From: Polyangiales bacterium
GTDB lineage: Bacteria; Myxococcota_A; Polyangia; Polyangiales; Polyangiaceae
Direction of reading: 5' to 3'
Length of the DNA stretch: 64,000 bases
Assembly (NCBI GenBank): GCA_038230375.1
Contig: JBBRNJ010000031.1
Location: 1 to 64,000, forward strand
The translations under genes were made by a program, and so were the position numbers. Shown one piece after another: positions 9,390-19,367 of this stretch. The notes under the pieces were generated by a model. That model made no database searches. It had not been told where the DNA came from and worked only from the letters and a program-made list of their open reading frames with translations. Within the stretch, counting starts at the first letter, position 1. Each line of letters starts with the position of its first letter.

Positions 9390-9968
9390 ATGACAAAAGA
9401 TCCCCGCGCAGAGCCTGAGTCTACCGACGAACCGGACGCACTGGAGGAGGCCAAGGCAGAGCCCCGCAGCACGCTGGTCCCTTCGTTCGACGTGGCGACC
9501 TTCGCCCGGGCAGTAGACGTTGGGCAGCCGCGCGCGCCAAACATCACCATCACCAACGAGATGGAACTGGAGGAGGCGCGGCGGCAGTCGATGCAGAGCT
9601 CGCCGCCGCCACCAAGGCAGCGCGCGCACTCGGATGCGGAGCTGGAGCTGTCGACAGCGGACGTCGCGATCGACGACCTCTCACTCTCCACCCCCGGCGA
9701 GCTGAAGCCCAGGCCCATCGAAACGCCAGGCGAGATGCCGGCGGCAGACCCGGAGGCCGTGCTCGGAGATCTGAAGCGCATCCCGAAGCTGCTGGTGACG
9801 CCGGACGCAGTGCCAGGGCTGGGTCTCGATCACCACGCAGGCTTCCTGCTGGCGCTGGTGGACTCGGTGCTCTCTTACGACACCATCCTGGACGTGTGCG
9901 GCATGCCCCGAAAAGACGCCCTCGCGGTCCTCGCAAAGCTAGTGACCAGAAGAATCGTCGGCCCCTGA
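9390..9968 (+). CDS. Hypothetical protein with C-terminal winged-helix-like domain
   Basis: AGGAG upstream of ATG 9390. C-terminus LDHHAGFLLALVD…ILDVCGMPRKDALAVLAKLV is typical of a myxobacterial HTH-like module. Confidence 0.7.
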   Translation: MTKDPRAEPESTDEPDALEEAKAEPRSTLVPSFDVATFARAVDVGQPRAPNITITNEMELEEARRQSMQSSPPPPRQRAHSDAELELSTADVAIDDLSLSTPGELKPRPIETPGEMPAADPEAVLGDLKRIPKLLVTPDAVPGLGLDHHAGFLLALVDSVLSYDTILDVCGMPRKDALAVLAKLVTRRIVGP

Positions 9969-10042
9969 CCTCGACCTCGACCCTAACCTCGACCCTAACC
10001 TCGACCTCGACCTCGACCCTAACCTCGACCTCGACCTCGACC
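9967..10042 (+). repeat. (ACCTCG)n hexamer tandem repeat with CCCTAA variants
   Basis: Fills the whole gap between two convergent stop codons. Confidence 0.95.
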
Positions 10043-11268
10043 TACTCGTGTCTCAGCGCCACGATCGGGTCGAGCTTCGAGGCTCTTCTTGCCGGGAAGA
10101 ACCCGAAGACGACTCCCGTGAGCGCGCTCACGCCGACGGCGATCGACAGGGCCACCGGGTCCAGCTTCATGGGCCAGTCGAGCGCGTTTGCCAGGGCCGC
10201 GATCGCTCCAATGCCGCTCGTCATCCCGAGCACGCCGCCGAGCAACGACAGCACGACCGCCTCTACCAGGAACTGCGTGCGGATGTCTCCTTCGCGCGCG
10301 CCGATGGCCATGCGGATTCCGATCTCGCGTGTCCGCTCCGTCACGCTCACCAGCATGATGTTCATGATGCCGATGCCGCCCACCACCAGGCTCACCGCGG
10401 CGATGCACACGAGGAGCATGGTGAGCAGACCGTAGATCTTGCCCTGCATCTCCTGGAACTCCTTCTGCGTCCGGATCCAGAAGTCCGGCTCGCGCCCTTC
10501 TTCAATGTGATGGCGCTGCTTCAGGATGGACTCGATCTGCTTGACCGCGCGGTCCGTGGTGTCAGTGCTGGTGGCGGAGACCAGCATGCTCGCCACGTAG
10601 CCCGGCCCCGTCTTCACGATGCGCGTGCGCGTGGTGGAGAGCGGGAAGAGCACCATGTCGTCCTGGTCGCCGCCGAACGGCGCTTCACCCTTCTTCTCCA
10701 AAACGCCCAGCACGCGGTACGTGTAGCGACCGCTTCGGATGGTGCGACCCACGGGGTCCTCGTCGCCGAAGAGGTTCTTCGCGACGGATACGCCAAGAAC
10801 GCAGACCTTGGCCTTCGCGGCCTCATCGCGCTCTGTCCACGGCGAGCCACGTGTGACCTTCCAGTTCCTGACCGTGAAGAAGGAGAGGTTGGAGCCGATG
10901 AGCTGCGTCGACCAGTTCTTGTCTCCGACCACGACCTGCCCACGCGCGCGGAGCATGGGCGCGACCGCAGACACGCTGAGCGACTCGCGCGCGATGGCCT
11001 TCGCGTCGTCCTCGGTGAGCCGCGCGCCTGCGCCAAGAGCGGAGCGCGCCCCCGTGGCCTGCGACTGCTGCGGCGCGACCATGATCACGTTCGAGCCCAT
11101 GCTCTCTATCTGTGACGAAACGGACGACCGCGCGCCCGAGCCGAGCGCGGTGACCGTCACCACCGCCGCGACGCCGATCAGGATGCCAAGCACCGTGAGC
11201 GACGACCGCAGCGGATTGCGCGCGATGGCCGAAAACGCCTGGAAAATACCGCGCAGGAAGGCGCTCAT
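10042..11268 (-). CDS. ABC transporter permease, MacB/FtsX family
   Basis: RSSLTVLGILIGVAAVV, GGIGIMNIMLVSVTERTREIGIRMAIGA, PARRASKLDPIVALRHE. Confidence 0.95.
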   Translation of the reverse strand: MSAFLRGIFQAFSAIARNPLRSSLTVLGILIGVAAVVTVTALGSGARSSVSSQIESMGSNVIMVAPQQSQATGARSALGAGARLTEDDAKAIARESLSVSAVAPMLRARGQVVVGDKNWSTQLIGSNLSFFTVRNWKVTRGSPWTERDEAAKAKVCVLGVSVAKNLFGDEDPVGRTIRSGRYTYRVLGVLEKKGEAPFGGDQDDMVLFPLSTTRTRIVKTGPGYVASMLVSATSTDTTDRAVKQIESILKQRHHIEEGREPDFWIRTQKEFQEMQGKIYGLLTMLLVCIAAVSLVVGGIGIMNIMLVSVTERTREIGIRMAIGAREGDIRTQFLVEAVVLSLLGGVLGMTSGIGAIAALANALDWPMKLDPVALSIAVGVSALTGVVFGFFPARRASKLDPIVALRHE

Positions 11269-12488
11269 TCCACCCTCAGCGCTTCGATGGGGTCGAGCTT
11301 CGCGGCGTGCCGCGCCGGCAGGTATCCGAACACCACGCCGATGGTGATGCTGGTGAGCACCGCAACGGCGACCGACTCCGGCGTGGGGATCATGTTCCAG
11401 CCAAGGGCGAAGCCCAGACCCATGACCGCGCCACCACCCAGGATGATGCCCAGCATTCCGCCGAGCAGGGACAGCATCACGGCCTCCACCAGGAACTGCA
11501 CCAGGATGTCGCTCTCGCGCGCGCCGATGGACATGCGAATCCCGATCTCGCGGGTGCGCTCCGCGACGCTGACGAGCATGATGTTCATCACGCCGATGCC
11601 GCCGACAAGCAGACTCACGGCGGCCACCGCCAGGAGCAGTGCGCTCAGGATCGCGCTGATCGCCTTCTGCGCGGCCTGGAACTCTGCCTGCGAGTTGACG
11701 CGGAAGTCCGGGTCCTTGCCCTCCGCGATGTGATGGCGCTGCCGCAGGATCGAATCCACCTGCTCCTGCGCGCGCTCCGACACGTTGTCCGAGCGGGCGC
11801 TCGCCAGGATCATGTCCACCCGCCCCGGCGACGTATGCATGATGCGCGCGCGAAAACTGCCAATGGGCATGAGCACGCGATCGTCCTGATCATCACCGAA
11901 CGGCGAGCTGCCCTTCGCCTCGAGCAACCCGATGATGCGGTACGGGGCTCCGCCCAGGCGGATGGTGCGGCCGATCGGATCGATGGTACCGAACAGCTTC
12001 TCGCGCACGGTCGCGCCCAGGAGGCAGACCTTGTTCTTGAGCAGCTCGTCTGACTCCGTCCACTGATCGCCCTTCTCCACGCGGAACTTGCGGATGGGGA
12101 AATACTGCAGGTTCGTGCCGATCACGGTGGTGGAGACGTTGCGATCGCCGTTCACGATCTGCACCTGCGTGGACAGGAACGGCGCGGCCCTGTCGATGCT
12201 GACGGCCTCGCGCACGATCGCCCTGGCGTCCGCTTCCGTGAGGCGCCCGGTGCCCTTGCTCTTGGCACCGGAGCTCTGTACCGGCTGCGGGTTGATGAAG
12301 ATCGCGTTCGCGGCGAACCCTTCGATCGAGCTGCCGACCTCCTTGGATGCGCCGCCCGCGAGCGCGGTGACGATCACGACCGCAGCCACCCCGATGAGGA
12401 TGCCAAGCACCGTGAGCGCGGAGCGCGTCTTGTTCCGCGCGATCGCGGACAGCGCCAGGGCAAGCGCATTCCACAGCATCCGCACCAT
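11265..12488 (-). CDS. ABC transporter permease, MacB/FtsX family (second copy)
   Basis: Same MacB signatures; 4-nt overlap with the downstream permease. Confidence 0.95.
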   Translation of the reverse strand: MVRMLWNALALALSAIARNKTRSALTVLGILIGVAAVVIVTALAGGASKEVGSSIEGFAANAIFINPQPVQSSGAKSKGTGRLTEADARAIVREAVSIDRAAPFLSTQVQIVNGDRNVSTTVIGTNLQYFPIRKFRVEKGDQWTESDELLKNKVCLLGATVREKLFGTIDPIGRTIRLGGAPYRIIGLLEAKGSSPFGDDQDDRVLMPIGSFRARIMHTSPGRVDMILASARSDNVSERAQEQVDSILRQRHHIAEGKDPDFRVNSQAEFQAAQKAISAILSALLLAVAAVSLLVGGIGVMNIMLVSVAERTREIGIRMSIGARESDILVQFLVEAVMLSLLGGMLGIILGGGAVMGLGFALGWNMIPTPESVAVAVLTSITIGVVFGYLPARHAAKLDPIEALRVE

Positions 12489-12491
12489 GAC

Positions 12492-13772
12492 TCAATGCTC
12501 CGTGGCGGCCGCACGGCCGGCGCGCGGCGCGAAGAGCGAGAGCAACAGGAACCGGAGCAGGCTCACCGTGACCACGAAGGAGAGCAGCGCAACCACCACC
12601 AGACCGGCGGACGACGCGCCGTGCCCCAGCCGCTCCGCCACGACGTCGGGCATCTTCACGAGAAGAGCGAGCGCTACGAACACGCCATTGAACAGCGTGT
12701 AGTAGAGCGCCACGCGGGCGCGCTGATCTTGCGAGAGCGGACGCCCGAGCTTTCGCTTCGCGTAGCGCGCCGCCACGAACGACTCGAGAAGGACGCCGAA
12801 CGCCACGGTGAGCGCGGGCACCGACGCGTCCAGGACAACCTTGTTGTACAAAAGGCCAAGGAGCGAGCCCGCGGTGCCTGCCGCCCACATCGCTGCGAAG
12901 ACCGAGAACGGCACCGGGGCCTTCGCGGCCGCCCGCGCGATGCCCTCGTGATCCTCCGTCTCGTCCGCGGCGCCCTTCGCCTCACGCGGGAGCTTCGCGA
13001 GTTGCGTGGCGGCGTCGAGCGGGGTCTCGTTCCGTACGTCCGTGACCATGCGGCCGTCGCGGAACGTGCACACGCGCGACGCGCATGCGGCGATGTCGTG
13101 CTCGTGGGTGACCAGCGCAATGGTGATGCCGCGATCGCGGTTCAGGCGCTGCAACAGCGCGAGGACCTCGAGGCTGGTGCGCGTGTCCAGGTTTCCAGTG
13201 GGCTCGTCCGCGAGCAGGAGCGGCGGATCGGTGACCAGCGCGCGCGCGATCGCCACGCGCTGCTGCTGGCCGCCGGAGAGCTGATTAGGTGTATGATGCA
13301 CACGATCCGCGAGCCCGACGGACGCCAGCGCCTCGAGCGCGCGCTTGCGACGTTGCTTGCGCGGCACGCCACGGTAAGAGAGCGGCAGCTCCACGTTCTC
13401 GAGCGCGGTGGTGCGCGGCAGCAGGTTGAAGCCCTGGAAGATGAACCCGATGAGCCGGTTCCGCACCAGCGCGCGGCCGTCGTTCGTGCGGTCGCCCACG
13501 TCGAAGCCAGCGAGCCCGTAGGTGCCGCGCGTGGGACGGTCCAGACATCCCAGGATGTTCATGAGCGTGGACTTGCCGGAGCCGCTGGTCCCGACGATGG
13601 CGACGAACTCCCCTTCCTTGATCGTGAGGTCGAGCTCGCGCAGCGCATGCACCACGCCGGCCGCGGACACGTAGTCCTTCGCGACGTTCCGCAGCGTCAG
13701 AAGCGCGCTCTCCTCCGGCTCACCGAGTGACGCGTCGCCGCCCCCACCTGCGTCGCTCGTCGCCGCCACCAT
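12492..13772 (-). CDS. ABC ATP-binding protein (MacB/LolD-type) with fused C-terminal ~4-TM domain
   Basis: GTSGSGKST, LSGGQQQR, LLLADEPTGNLD, VTHE, followed by about 140 hydrophobic residues. Confidence 0.92.
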   Translation of the reverse strand: MVAATSDAGGGGDASLGEPEESALLTLRNVAKDYVSAAGVVHALRELDLTIKEGEFVAIVGTSGSGKSTLMNILGCLDRPTRGTYGLAGFDVGDRTNDGRALVRNRLIGFIFQGFNLLPRTTALENVELPLSYRGVPRKQRRKRALEALASVGLADRVHHTPNQLSGGQQQRVAIARALVTDPPLLLADEPTGNLDTRTSLEVLALLQRLNRDRGITIALVTHEHDIAACASRVCTFRDGRMVTDVRNETPLDAATQLAKLPREAKGAADETEDHEGIARAAAKAPVPFSVFAAMWAAGTAGSLLGLLYNKVVLDASVPALTVAFGVLLESFVAARYAKRKLGRPLSQDQRARVALYYTLFNGVFVALALLVKMPDVVAERLGHGASSAGLVVVALLSFVVTVSLLRFLLLSLFAPRAGRAAATEH

Positions 13773-15037
13773 CAGAAGGACTTCCCCTTCTTGTTCTTCT
13801 TGTCGTCGTCCGTCTCGTCAACGATGACCTTCTCGCCGTCCTTGAGGCCGCCCTTCACCTCCGTGAAGATGCCGTCGGTGATGCCGACGTCGATCAGGCG
13901 CTCCTCTTCCTTCTCCTCGCCCGGCTTGTCGTTCGCCAGGAAGTAGATGCGGCCCTTCCCCTTCTCGAGCGGCGCGGCAGGCGGCTGCAGCACCGGCTTG
14001 CCATCCGACCCCAGCGGGGGGCTCGGCCTGTAGCGAAGCGCGGAGTTCGGGACGCGGACGATGTCCTTCGCCTGACGCGTGGTGATGGTGACGGTCGCGG
14101 TCATGCCCGGCCGAAGCTTCTCTTCGGGGTTCTGCACCTCCACCACTGCGGAGTACGTGACAACGCCGGACACGGTGTTCGGACTGAAGCGCACCTGACT
14201 GACCCGTCCCGTGAAGGTCTCACCAGGGAACGCGTCCACGGCAGCGTCTGCATCCATGCCCTCCTTGAGCTTGCCCACGTCCGCCTCGTCCACGTCCGCC
14301 ATGACCTTCATCTTGTGGAGGTCCTGCGCGATGACGAAGAGCACTGGCGCCTGGAAGCTGGCGACCACGGTGGCGCCCGGATCGATCGTGCGCGAGATGA
14401 CGATGCCGTTCACCGGCGAGTAGATCTTGGTGTAGCCGACGTTGGTCTGCGACTGCGTCAGCTGCGCGATGATGGCCTGGATCTGCGCATCCGCAGCGAC
14501 CACGTTCGCGTGCGCCACGTCCAAATTGCCCTTTGACTGGTCCACGTCACCCTTGGAGGCAAGGTTCTGCGCGTACAGCTTGGTGAGGCGCTCGAACTGG
14601 ATCCGCGACGTATCCTCCGTGGCCTTCGCGCTCTCCAGCTGCGCGCGCTGCGCAAGGAGCTGCGCCTGGGTCTGACTCACCTGTGCGCCGTAGACGGTGG
14701 GGTCGATCTCCGCGAGCACGTCACCCTTCTTCACGATGGAGTTGAAGTCGACGGGCACGCGCGTCACGCGCCCATTCACCTGCGCGCCCACGTTCACTTG
14801 CAAGAGCGGCTGCACGGCCCCCGTGGCCTGCACGCGCTCGGCCACGATACCGTTGGTCACGGCCTGCGTGACGAAGCGCGCCGCGGGCGGCGGCCGGTGC
14901 TTCGCGCGATAGAGCAGACCCCCACCAACGACAACGACGAGCCCCAGAACGAACAGCGCGCGACGCAGCCACTTGCGCCCGCCCTCTTCGGCGGCCAGCG
15001 CTCTCTTCAGGTCATCGGCGGCTGTGCTTTGGGTCAT
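13772..15037 (-). CDS. Periplasmic adaptor (MFP), MacA-like
   Basis: N-terminal TM, VGAQVNG…VKKGDVLAEIDP, coiled coil, IYSPVNG, LRPGMTA, VPNSAL. Confidence 0.93.
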   Translation of the reverse strand: MTQSTAADDLKRALAAEEGGRKWLRRALFVLGLVVVVGGGLLYRAKHRPPPAARFVTQAVTNGIVAERVQATGAVQPLLQVNVGAQVNGRVTRVPVDFNSIVKKGDVLAEIDPTVYGAQVSQTQAQLLAQRAQLESAKATEDTSRIQFERLTKLYAQNLASKGDVDQSKGNLDVAHANVVAADAQIQAIIAQLTQSQTNVGYTKIYSPVNGIVISRTIDPGATVVASFQAPVLFVIAQDLHKMKVMADVDEADVGKLKEGMDADAAVDAFPGETFTGRVSQVRFSPNTVSGVVTYSAVVEVQNPEEKLRPGMTATVTITTRQAKDIVRVPNSALRYRPSPPLGSDGKPVLQPPAAPLEKGKGRIYFLANDKPGEEKEEERLIDVGITDGIFTEVKGGLKDGEKVIVDETDDDKKNKKGKSF

Positions 15038-15133
15038 CTGTGGTTGCGGAGTTTTCTAGCGCAAAACGCGCGTAGTTCACACCTCCGCCGCTTCGATGCC
15101 GTCGCAAGCTGCGCCGTTGCCGGGATATTCCCG

Positions 15134-15805
15134 TCAGCGACAGGGCTCGACCACCGAGACCACCGCCACGTCGCACGTATCCTGCTCGCCGCCGATGGCG
15201 AAATCTCCCGCAACGCCACACCCCGGGACCGCGACGCGATAGCCGCTCGACACGGAGCAGGTGCCTGCAGCGCACTCGCACGTCTTCGGGTCCATGTGAG
15301 ACAGCTCCTTCGTGGCTTGCGCGTCGCAGTCGTAGTCGAAGCTGCCGTCACCGCGCTCCACGGTGAAGAAGGACGCCTGCCCCGGGTGCGCCAGCGCGTT
15401 GCCGTCGTAGCAGTCGAGCGAGTTCGTCACGTGACCTGCCGGCGGCGCGCAGCCGAGCACCGCGCTCGTTGCATCGCCGAAGCCGTCGCCGTCCGCATCC
15501 ATGTAGTATGCACGCAATGTGCAGCCGTCGCTGCGTGTGCCGCCACCGCCGCCGGCATCATCGCTCGGCGCCGCAGCATCGTGACCGGGCGACGCATCGA
15601 CGTCGTCCGGGAGTGGCTCCGGGGGTTCAGGCCAGAAAGCGGCATCCACATCACCGCCGAAGCCGGAGCCGGAGCCCGAGCCCGAGCCGAAGCCACTGCC
15701 GTCCTCAAAGGGTGACGGACCACCTGACCCCGTCGCCAGACCGTCGCGAAAGCAGCCGCCGACCACGAGCATCGGGAGCATCAACACCGCCATCGGAATG
15801 CGCAT
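15134..15805 (-). CDS. Lipoprotein with MopE-like putative metal-binding repeat
   Basis: Lipobox VGGC; YYMDADGDGFGD…DCYDGNALAHPG…DYDCD. Confidence 0.75.
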   Translation of the reverse strand: MRIPMAVLMLPMLVVGGCFRDGLATGSGGPSPFEDGSGFGSGSGSGSGFGGDVDAAFWPEPPEPLPDDVDASPGHDAAAPSDDAGGGGGTRSDGCTLRAYYMDADGDGFGDATSAVLGCAPPAGHVTNSLDCYDGNALAHPGQASFFTVERGDGSFDYDCDAQATKELSHMDPKTCECAAGTCSVSSGYRVAVPGCGVAGDFAIGGEQDTCDVAVVSVVEPCR

Positions 15806-15981
15806 GCCCTGAGTGGCCGGCAGGCCCGCAGATGGGCCGACAATCGACCGCCGGCGCGCATCCTTTGCGTGTCGGTCGCTCCATTCTGCGCGTCATCTCT
15901 GGGTCGAGATCGCGAGCTGACCCAATTCACCGCGAGTTCCCCGCGTACTTCGTCGGCATGCTCTTCGCGTGCAGTGCCGGC

Positions 15982-17163
15982 ATGGAGAACGTCGAGACTC
16001 GGCCGTTGATCGCGGTCTTTCGCAAGGGGTTTCGCCCGTTCTTTCTCCTGGGCGCGCTCGTCGCCGCATCGATGCTCGTGGCGTGGCTCATGGTCCTGTT
16101 CGGAGGAGTCACACCGCGCACCACCTTCGCGCCCATCTACTGGCATGCGCACGAGATGATCTTTGGCTTCGCCGTGGCCGTCATCGCTGGGTTCTTGTTG
16201 ACGGCGGTGGGCAACTGGACCCAACGCGAGACGGCGCTGGGCACGAAGCTATTCTTCCTCGCGGCGCTGTTCGTAGCGGGACGGTTCGCGGTGTCCTTTG
16301 CAGCTCTCTTGCCTCGCTTCGTTCCGCTCGCTGTCGACGCGGCGTTCCTGCCGCTGCTCGCGGTGGTGCTGGCGCTGCCGATAGTCGCGACCCGCAACTT
16401 CAGGAACCTCACCGTTGTGCTCGCGGTCCTCGCGCTCGGCGCGGCGAACCTGATGACTCACCTGGGCGCTCTCGGCATCGCGCCCGACTGGCAGCGACGC
16501 GGCGGGATCGTCGGCGTGGACGTCGTGATCTTCATGTGCAGCCTGATCGCCGGGCGCGTGTTTCCCATGTTCACGCGCAACGCCACGCGACAGGAGTCGA
16601 TACATGGCTCGCCCCGCCTGGACGTGGCGGCAATGGTCGGCGTGGCCGCGTTGACGCTCCTCGACGCCTGCGGGGTCGAGCATCCCGCGCAAGGCGTGCT
16701 CTTCGTGCTCGTGTCGGCACTACTTGTCGTGCGCGGGTGGCACTGGGGCGCACGGCATTCCGCAAGGGTGCCGCTCCTCTGGGTGCTGCACCTGGGCTAC
16801 GCGTGGATCTGCGCGGGCTTCTTCCTGCGCGGTGTTGCGACGTTCACGTGGCGCGTCCCTGCAACGCTCGGGCTGCACGCGCTCACAGTGGGAGCGGCGG
16901 GCTCGCTCACGCTGGGCATGATCGCGCGCGTATCTCTGGGCCACACGGGGCGATTGCTCGAGCCGCCCCGCAGCGTCGTCCTTGGCTTCGTTCTGGTCTC
17001 CCTCGCGGCGATCGTCCGCGTCCTTTTTCCGCTCGCAAACGCGGAGTGGACGCGACCAGCGCTGCTCGTGTCCGGAACGCTCCTCGCGTCCTCGTTCGTT
17101 CTCTTTCTGGTTGGATATGCCCGCATTCTCGTGACAGCGCGTGAGGACGGAAAGGCTGGCTGA
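15982..17163 (+). CDS. nnrS: NnrS family membrane protein (NO stress)
   Basis: GFRPFFL, WHAHEMIFGF..AVIAGFLLTAVGNWT, GRVFPMFT, HALTVG, RVSLGHTGR. Confidence 0.93.
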   Translation: MENVETRPLIAVFRKGFRPFFLLGALVAASMLVAWLMVLFGGVTPRTTFAPIYWHAHEMIFGFAVAVIAGFLLTAVGNWTQRETALGTKLFFLAALFVAGRFAVSFAALLPRFVPLAVDAAFLPLLAVVLALPIVATRNFRNLTVVLAVLALGAANLMTHLGALGIAPDWQRRGGIVGVDVVIFMCSLIAGRVFPMFTRNATRQESIHGSPRLDVAAMVGVAALTLLDACGVEHPAQGVLFVLVSALLVVRGWHWGARHSARVPLLWVLHLGYAWICAGFFLRGVATFTWRVPATLGLHALTVGAAGSLTLGMIARVSLGHTGRLLEPPRSVVLGFVLVSLAAIVRVLFPLANAEWTRPALLVSGTLLASSFVLFLVGYARILVTAREDGKAG

Positions 17164-17200
17164 CACGCATGTTCGGCGGTCGCGGGCGAGCGCGTGCACG

Positions 17201-18445
17201 CTAGAAGATCGTGCCGCCCGTGATGAAGCCCTTCCAATCATTCTGCCAGCCGGCAGGGTTCGAGACCGAGCCACCGCCATGGGCGAGGGTCCCGTCGACC
17301 TGGTGAATGATCTTGCTGTTGGCGGGCGTGCCCACATCGATCTTGTTGAGCACGGCGGCGCACGCACCCGGATAGTCCTTGGTCGCGCCGAGCCCCGAGA
17401 GGTTGAGCGCGCCGTTGCCGCCGCCGCCGGTGTCGTGGCAATTCAAGCAGTTCAGCGGCGCGCTATTGCCGCCGCCTGTGAGCGAGGGAACGACCATGTT
17501 CTGGAAGTTCGTGGGATTGCTGCACAGGGCTTCGACCGCTGCTTGCGCCACGGTCCCGGACTCGAGCTTGCCGGCCTCGATGCGAAGCTTGTCGGTCTTG
17601 CCCCAAGGACCAAAGCCGCTGAAGATCGCAAAGGGGATCGGCATCGACGTGGTCGCGGCACCAGCAACAGTGATGTCGGTGTTGGAGAAAGTATCCTGCG
17701 GGTCCGCGATGTCCGGATCAGCGGGGTTCGGCTTGGTGGCTGGCACCCGATAGAAAATGGGGTGCTGGAGGTGGACGCCGCTGCCCGCGGCCGTGACGAG
17801 CGCGATGTTGGTGATCTCCAGGCTCGTACCGACCATCTTCGCACTGAACGTGAGGTGAACGCCGGTCACGCCCGTCGCGAGCTTGCTCAGGTCCACGTCG
17901 TTGCTGCCACCAACGGTCACCGAGAAGGGGTCCGTGGTCGGCGGCTTGATGGCCAGAAGCTCGACCGACTCCTGGGTGAGCCAGGCCTCGATGCGCTTCC
18001 CGAACGAAGTGCCCGCGTCAGGGTCTGCACCGGCGTAGATGCTGCCACCTTCGTGCACGCCTTTGAGGACGATGATGCTCGCTGAAGCGTCCTTCCCGAC
18101 GATGCCCTGATAGCCCTTGACCGACTTGTAGGAGTCGGGGCCCGCGAGGAACTTCGGCGCGAACGCAAACGTCGTCGCGCTCACGTGGCAGCCACCGGCC
18201 GGGCCGCCGCATCTCCCGATGAAATCCTTCTCGAGGCCGCGGTAGAGCGTCTCGGCCGAAGCCGAGCTGCCCGCTCCAGTGGTGCCACCACTGCCGCCCA
18301 GTCCGTCGGAAGAGGGAACATAGGGGGCGTACCCATGGAGAGGGAGATCCGCGCCACCGTCGCCACATGCGACGAGGGTCGCAATCACGCCGATGAGAAT
18401 GGCGGAGAACACCAGGATGGTGCGCACATCTCGCAAGGTTTTCAT
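17201..18445 (-). CDS. Lipoprotein with two c-type heme motifs
   Basis: Lipobox LVAC; atypical CGGPAGGCH and canonical CLNCH, each followed by a HxGG candidate distal ligand. Confidence 0.75.
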   Translation of the reverse strand: MKTLRDVRTILVFSAILIGVIATLVACGDGGADLPLHGYAPYVPSSDGLGGSGGTTGAGSSASAETLYRGLEKDFIGRCGGPAGGCHVSATTFAFAPKFLAGPDSYKSVKGYQGIVGKDASASIIVLKGVHEGGSIYAGADPDAGTSFGKRIEAWLTQESVELLAIKPPTTDPFSVTVGGSNDVDLSKLATGVTGVHLTFSAKMVGTSLEITNIALVTAAGSGVHLQHPIFYRVPATKPNPADPDIADPQDTFSNTDITVAGAATTSMPIPFAIFSGFGPWGKTDKLRIEAGKLESGTVAQAAVEALCSNPTNFQNMVVPSLTGGGNSAPLNCLNCHDTGGGGNGALNLSGLGATKDYPGACAAVLNKIDVGTPANSKIIHQVDGTLAHGGGSVSNPAGWQNDWKGFITGGTIF

Positions 18446-18613
18446 CCGCCACGCCTCCCGACGTCAGCTACTGCATGGGTCGGGCCTGGTGTTGTCGTCC
18501 GCAATCATCGGATTTTTCCAGTGGCGGATACATCGCGCGGCAGTGGCGCATGGATCGTGATGGACCACGCGGATGGACCCAGCGACACCGGCAAGAGACA
18601 TTGTTCGGGCGCG

Positions 18614-19303
18614 TCAGCGCGTCTTCTTGAAGCGCGCACCTGCGAAGGCATAGGTGCCGCGGGCGTTGCACATCGCCGCATACGCGTCGCGATGCTGCTG
18701 GAGCAGCGCGTCGTGATTGGCGCGGAGCATGTCGTCGATCGCCGCAAGCGCGCCTGTGCACCGTGACGGGGGAACGCCACCCGGCGGCGATTCGTCCGTG
18801 AAGACGATCTCGTGTTTCTCCGTGATTGCGTGGGAGAGGGCGAGCACACCACCCTGGTTCGGACCGTCGGGAAAGAGCAGCGTCTCCAGGTCGAGCACGA
18901 CGCGGAGCTTTCCCTTGTCCGCGAGGTAGACGACCGTGTGCCCCGCCGTGGGCGCGTAGGGGTCGGAGCTTCCCGAGGTCCCCTTGCAGACCAGGAACTC
19001 CTTCGTTGGCTTGCCGTCGATCGCGAAGGACTCGTCGCACATGCAGAGCGGCGCAGGACAGGCGTCGTCGCCGGTCCAGTTCTTCATGCCGTGCGCCGCG
19101 AGCCAATCAGCCGCCGAAGGACCCTCGGCAGCCGCCACGGAGCCGCCGTCTGCGCGCGACGCATCCGATGATCGGGCGTCGACCGCCGCGTCTGCGACCC
19201 CGGGCGAAGGCTGCGATGGTGGAGAGCCTTTGCACCCCACGAGCAGCAGAGCGGCGAGCACTGCGAACGAACCTGCGAGGTCGAGGATGGATCGGGTTCT
19301 CAT
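18614..19303 (-). CDS. Hypothetical lipoprotein
   Basis: Lipobox LVGC; Cys-containing globular C-terminal region; GC3 bias. Confidence 0.7.
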   Translation of the reverse strand: MRTRSILDLAGSFAVLAALLLVGCKGSPPSQPSPGVADAAVDARSSDASRADGGSVAAAEGPSAADWLAAHGMKNWTGDDACPAPLCMCDESFAIDGKPTKEFLVCKGTSGSSDPYAPTAGHTVVYLADKGKLRVVLDLETLLFPDGPNQGGVLALSHAITEKHEIVFTDESPPGGVPPSRCTGALAAIDDMLRANHDALLQQHRDAYAAMCNARGTYAFAGARFKKTR

Positions 19304-19367
19304 GCGCGAGAACGACAGTGTGGCGGGCGGCGCAGGCGATCAAGCCCATTTTTTTGCCGGACCGGGT

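Noticed and set aside
9982..10025. CCCTAA units as telomere-like repeats
   Set aside because: Only three isolated copies within the ACCTCG phase; best explained as variants of the hexamer.
16005..16018. FNR/DNR box for nnrS (TTGATcgcgGTCTT)
   Set aside because: Only one half-site matches and it lies inside the predicted CDS.
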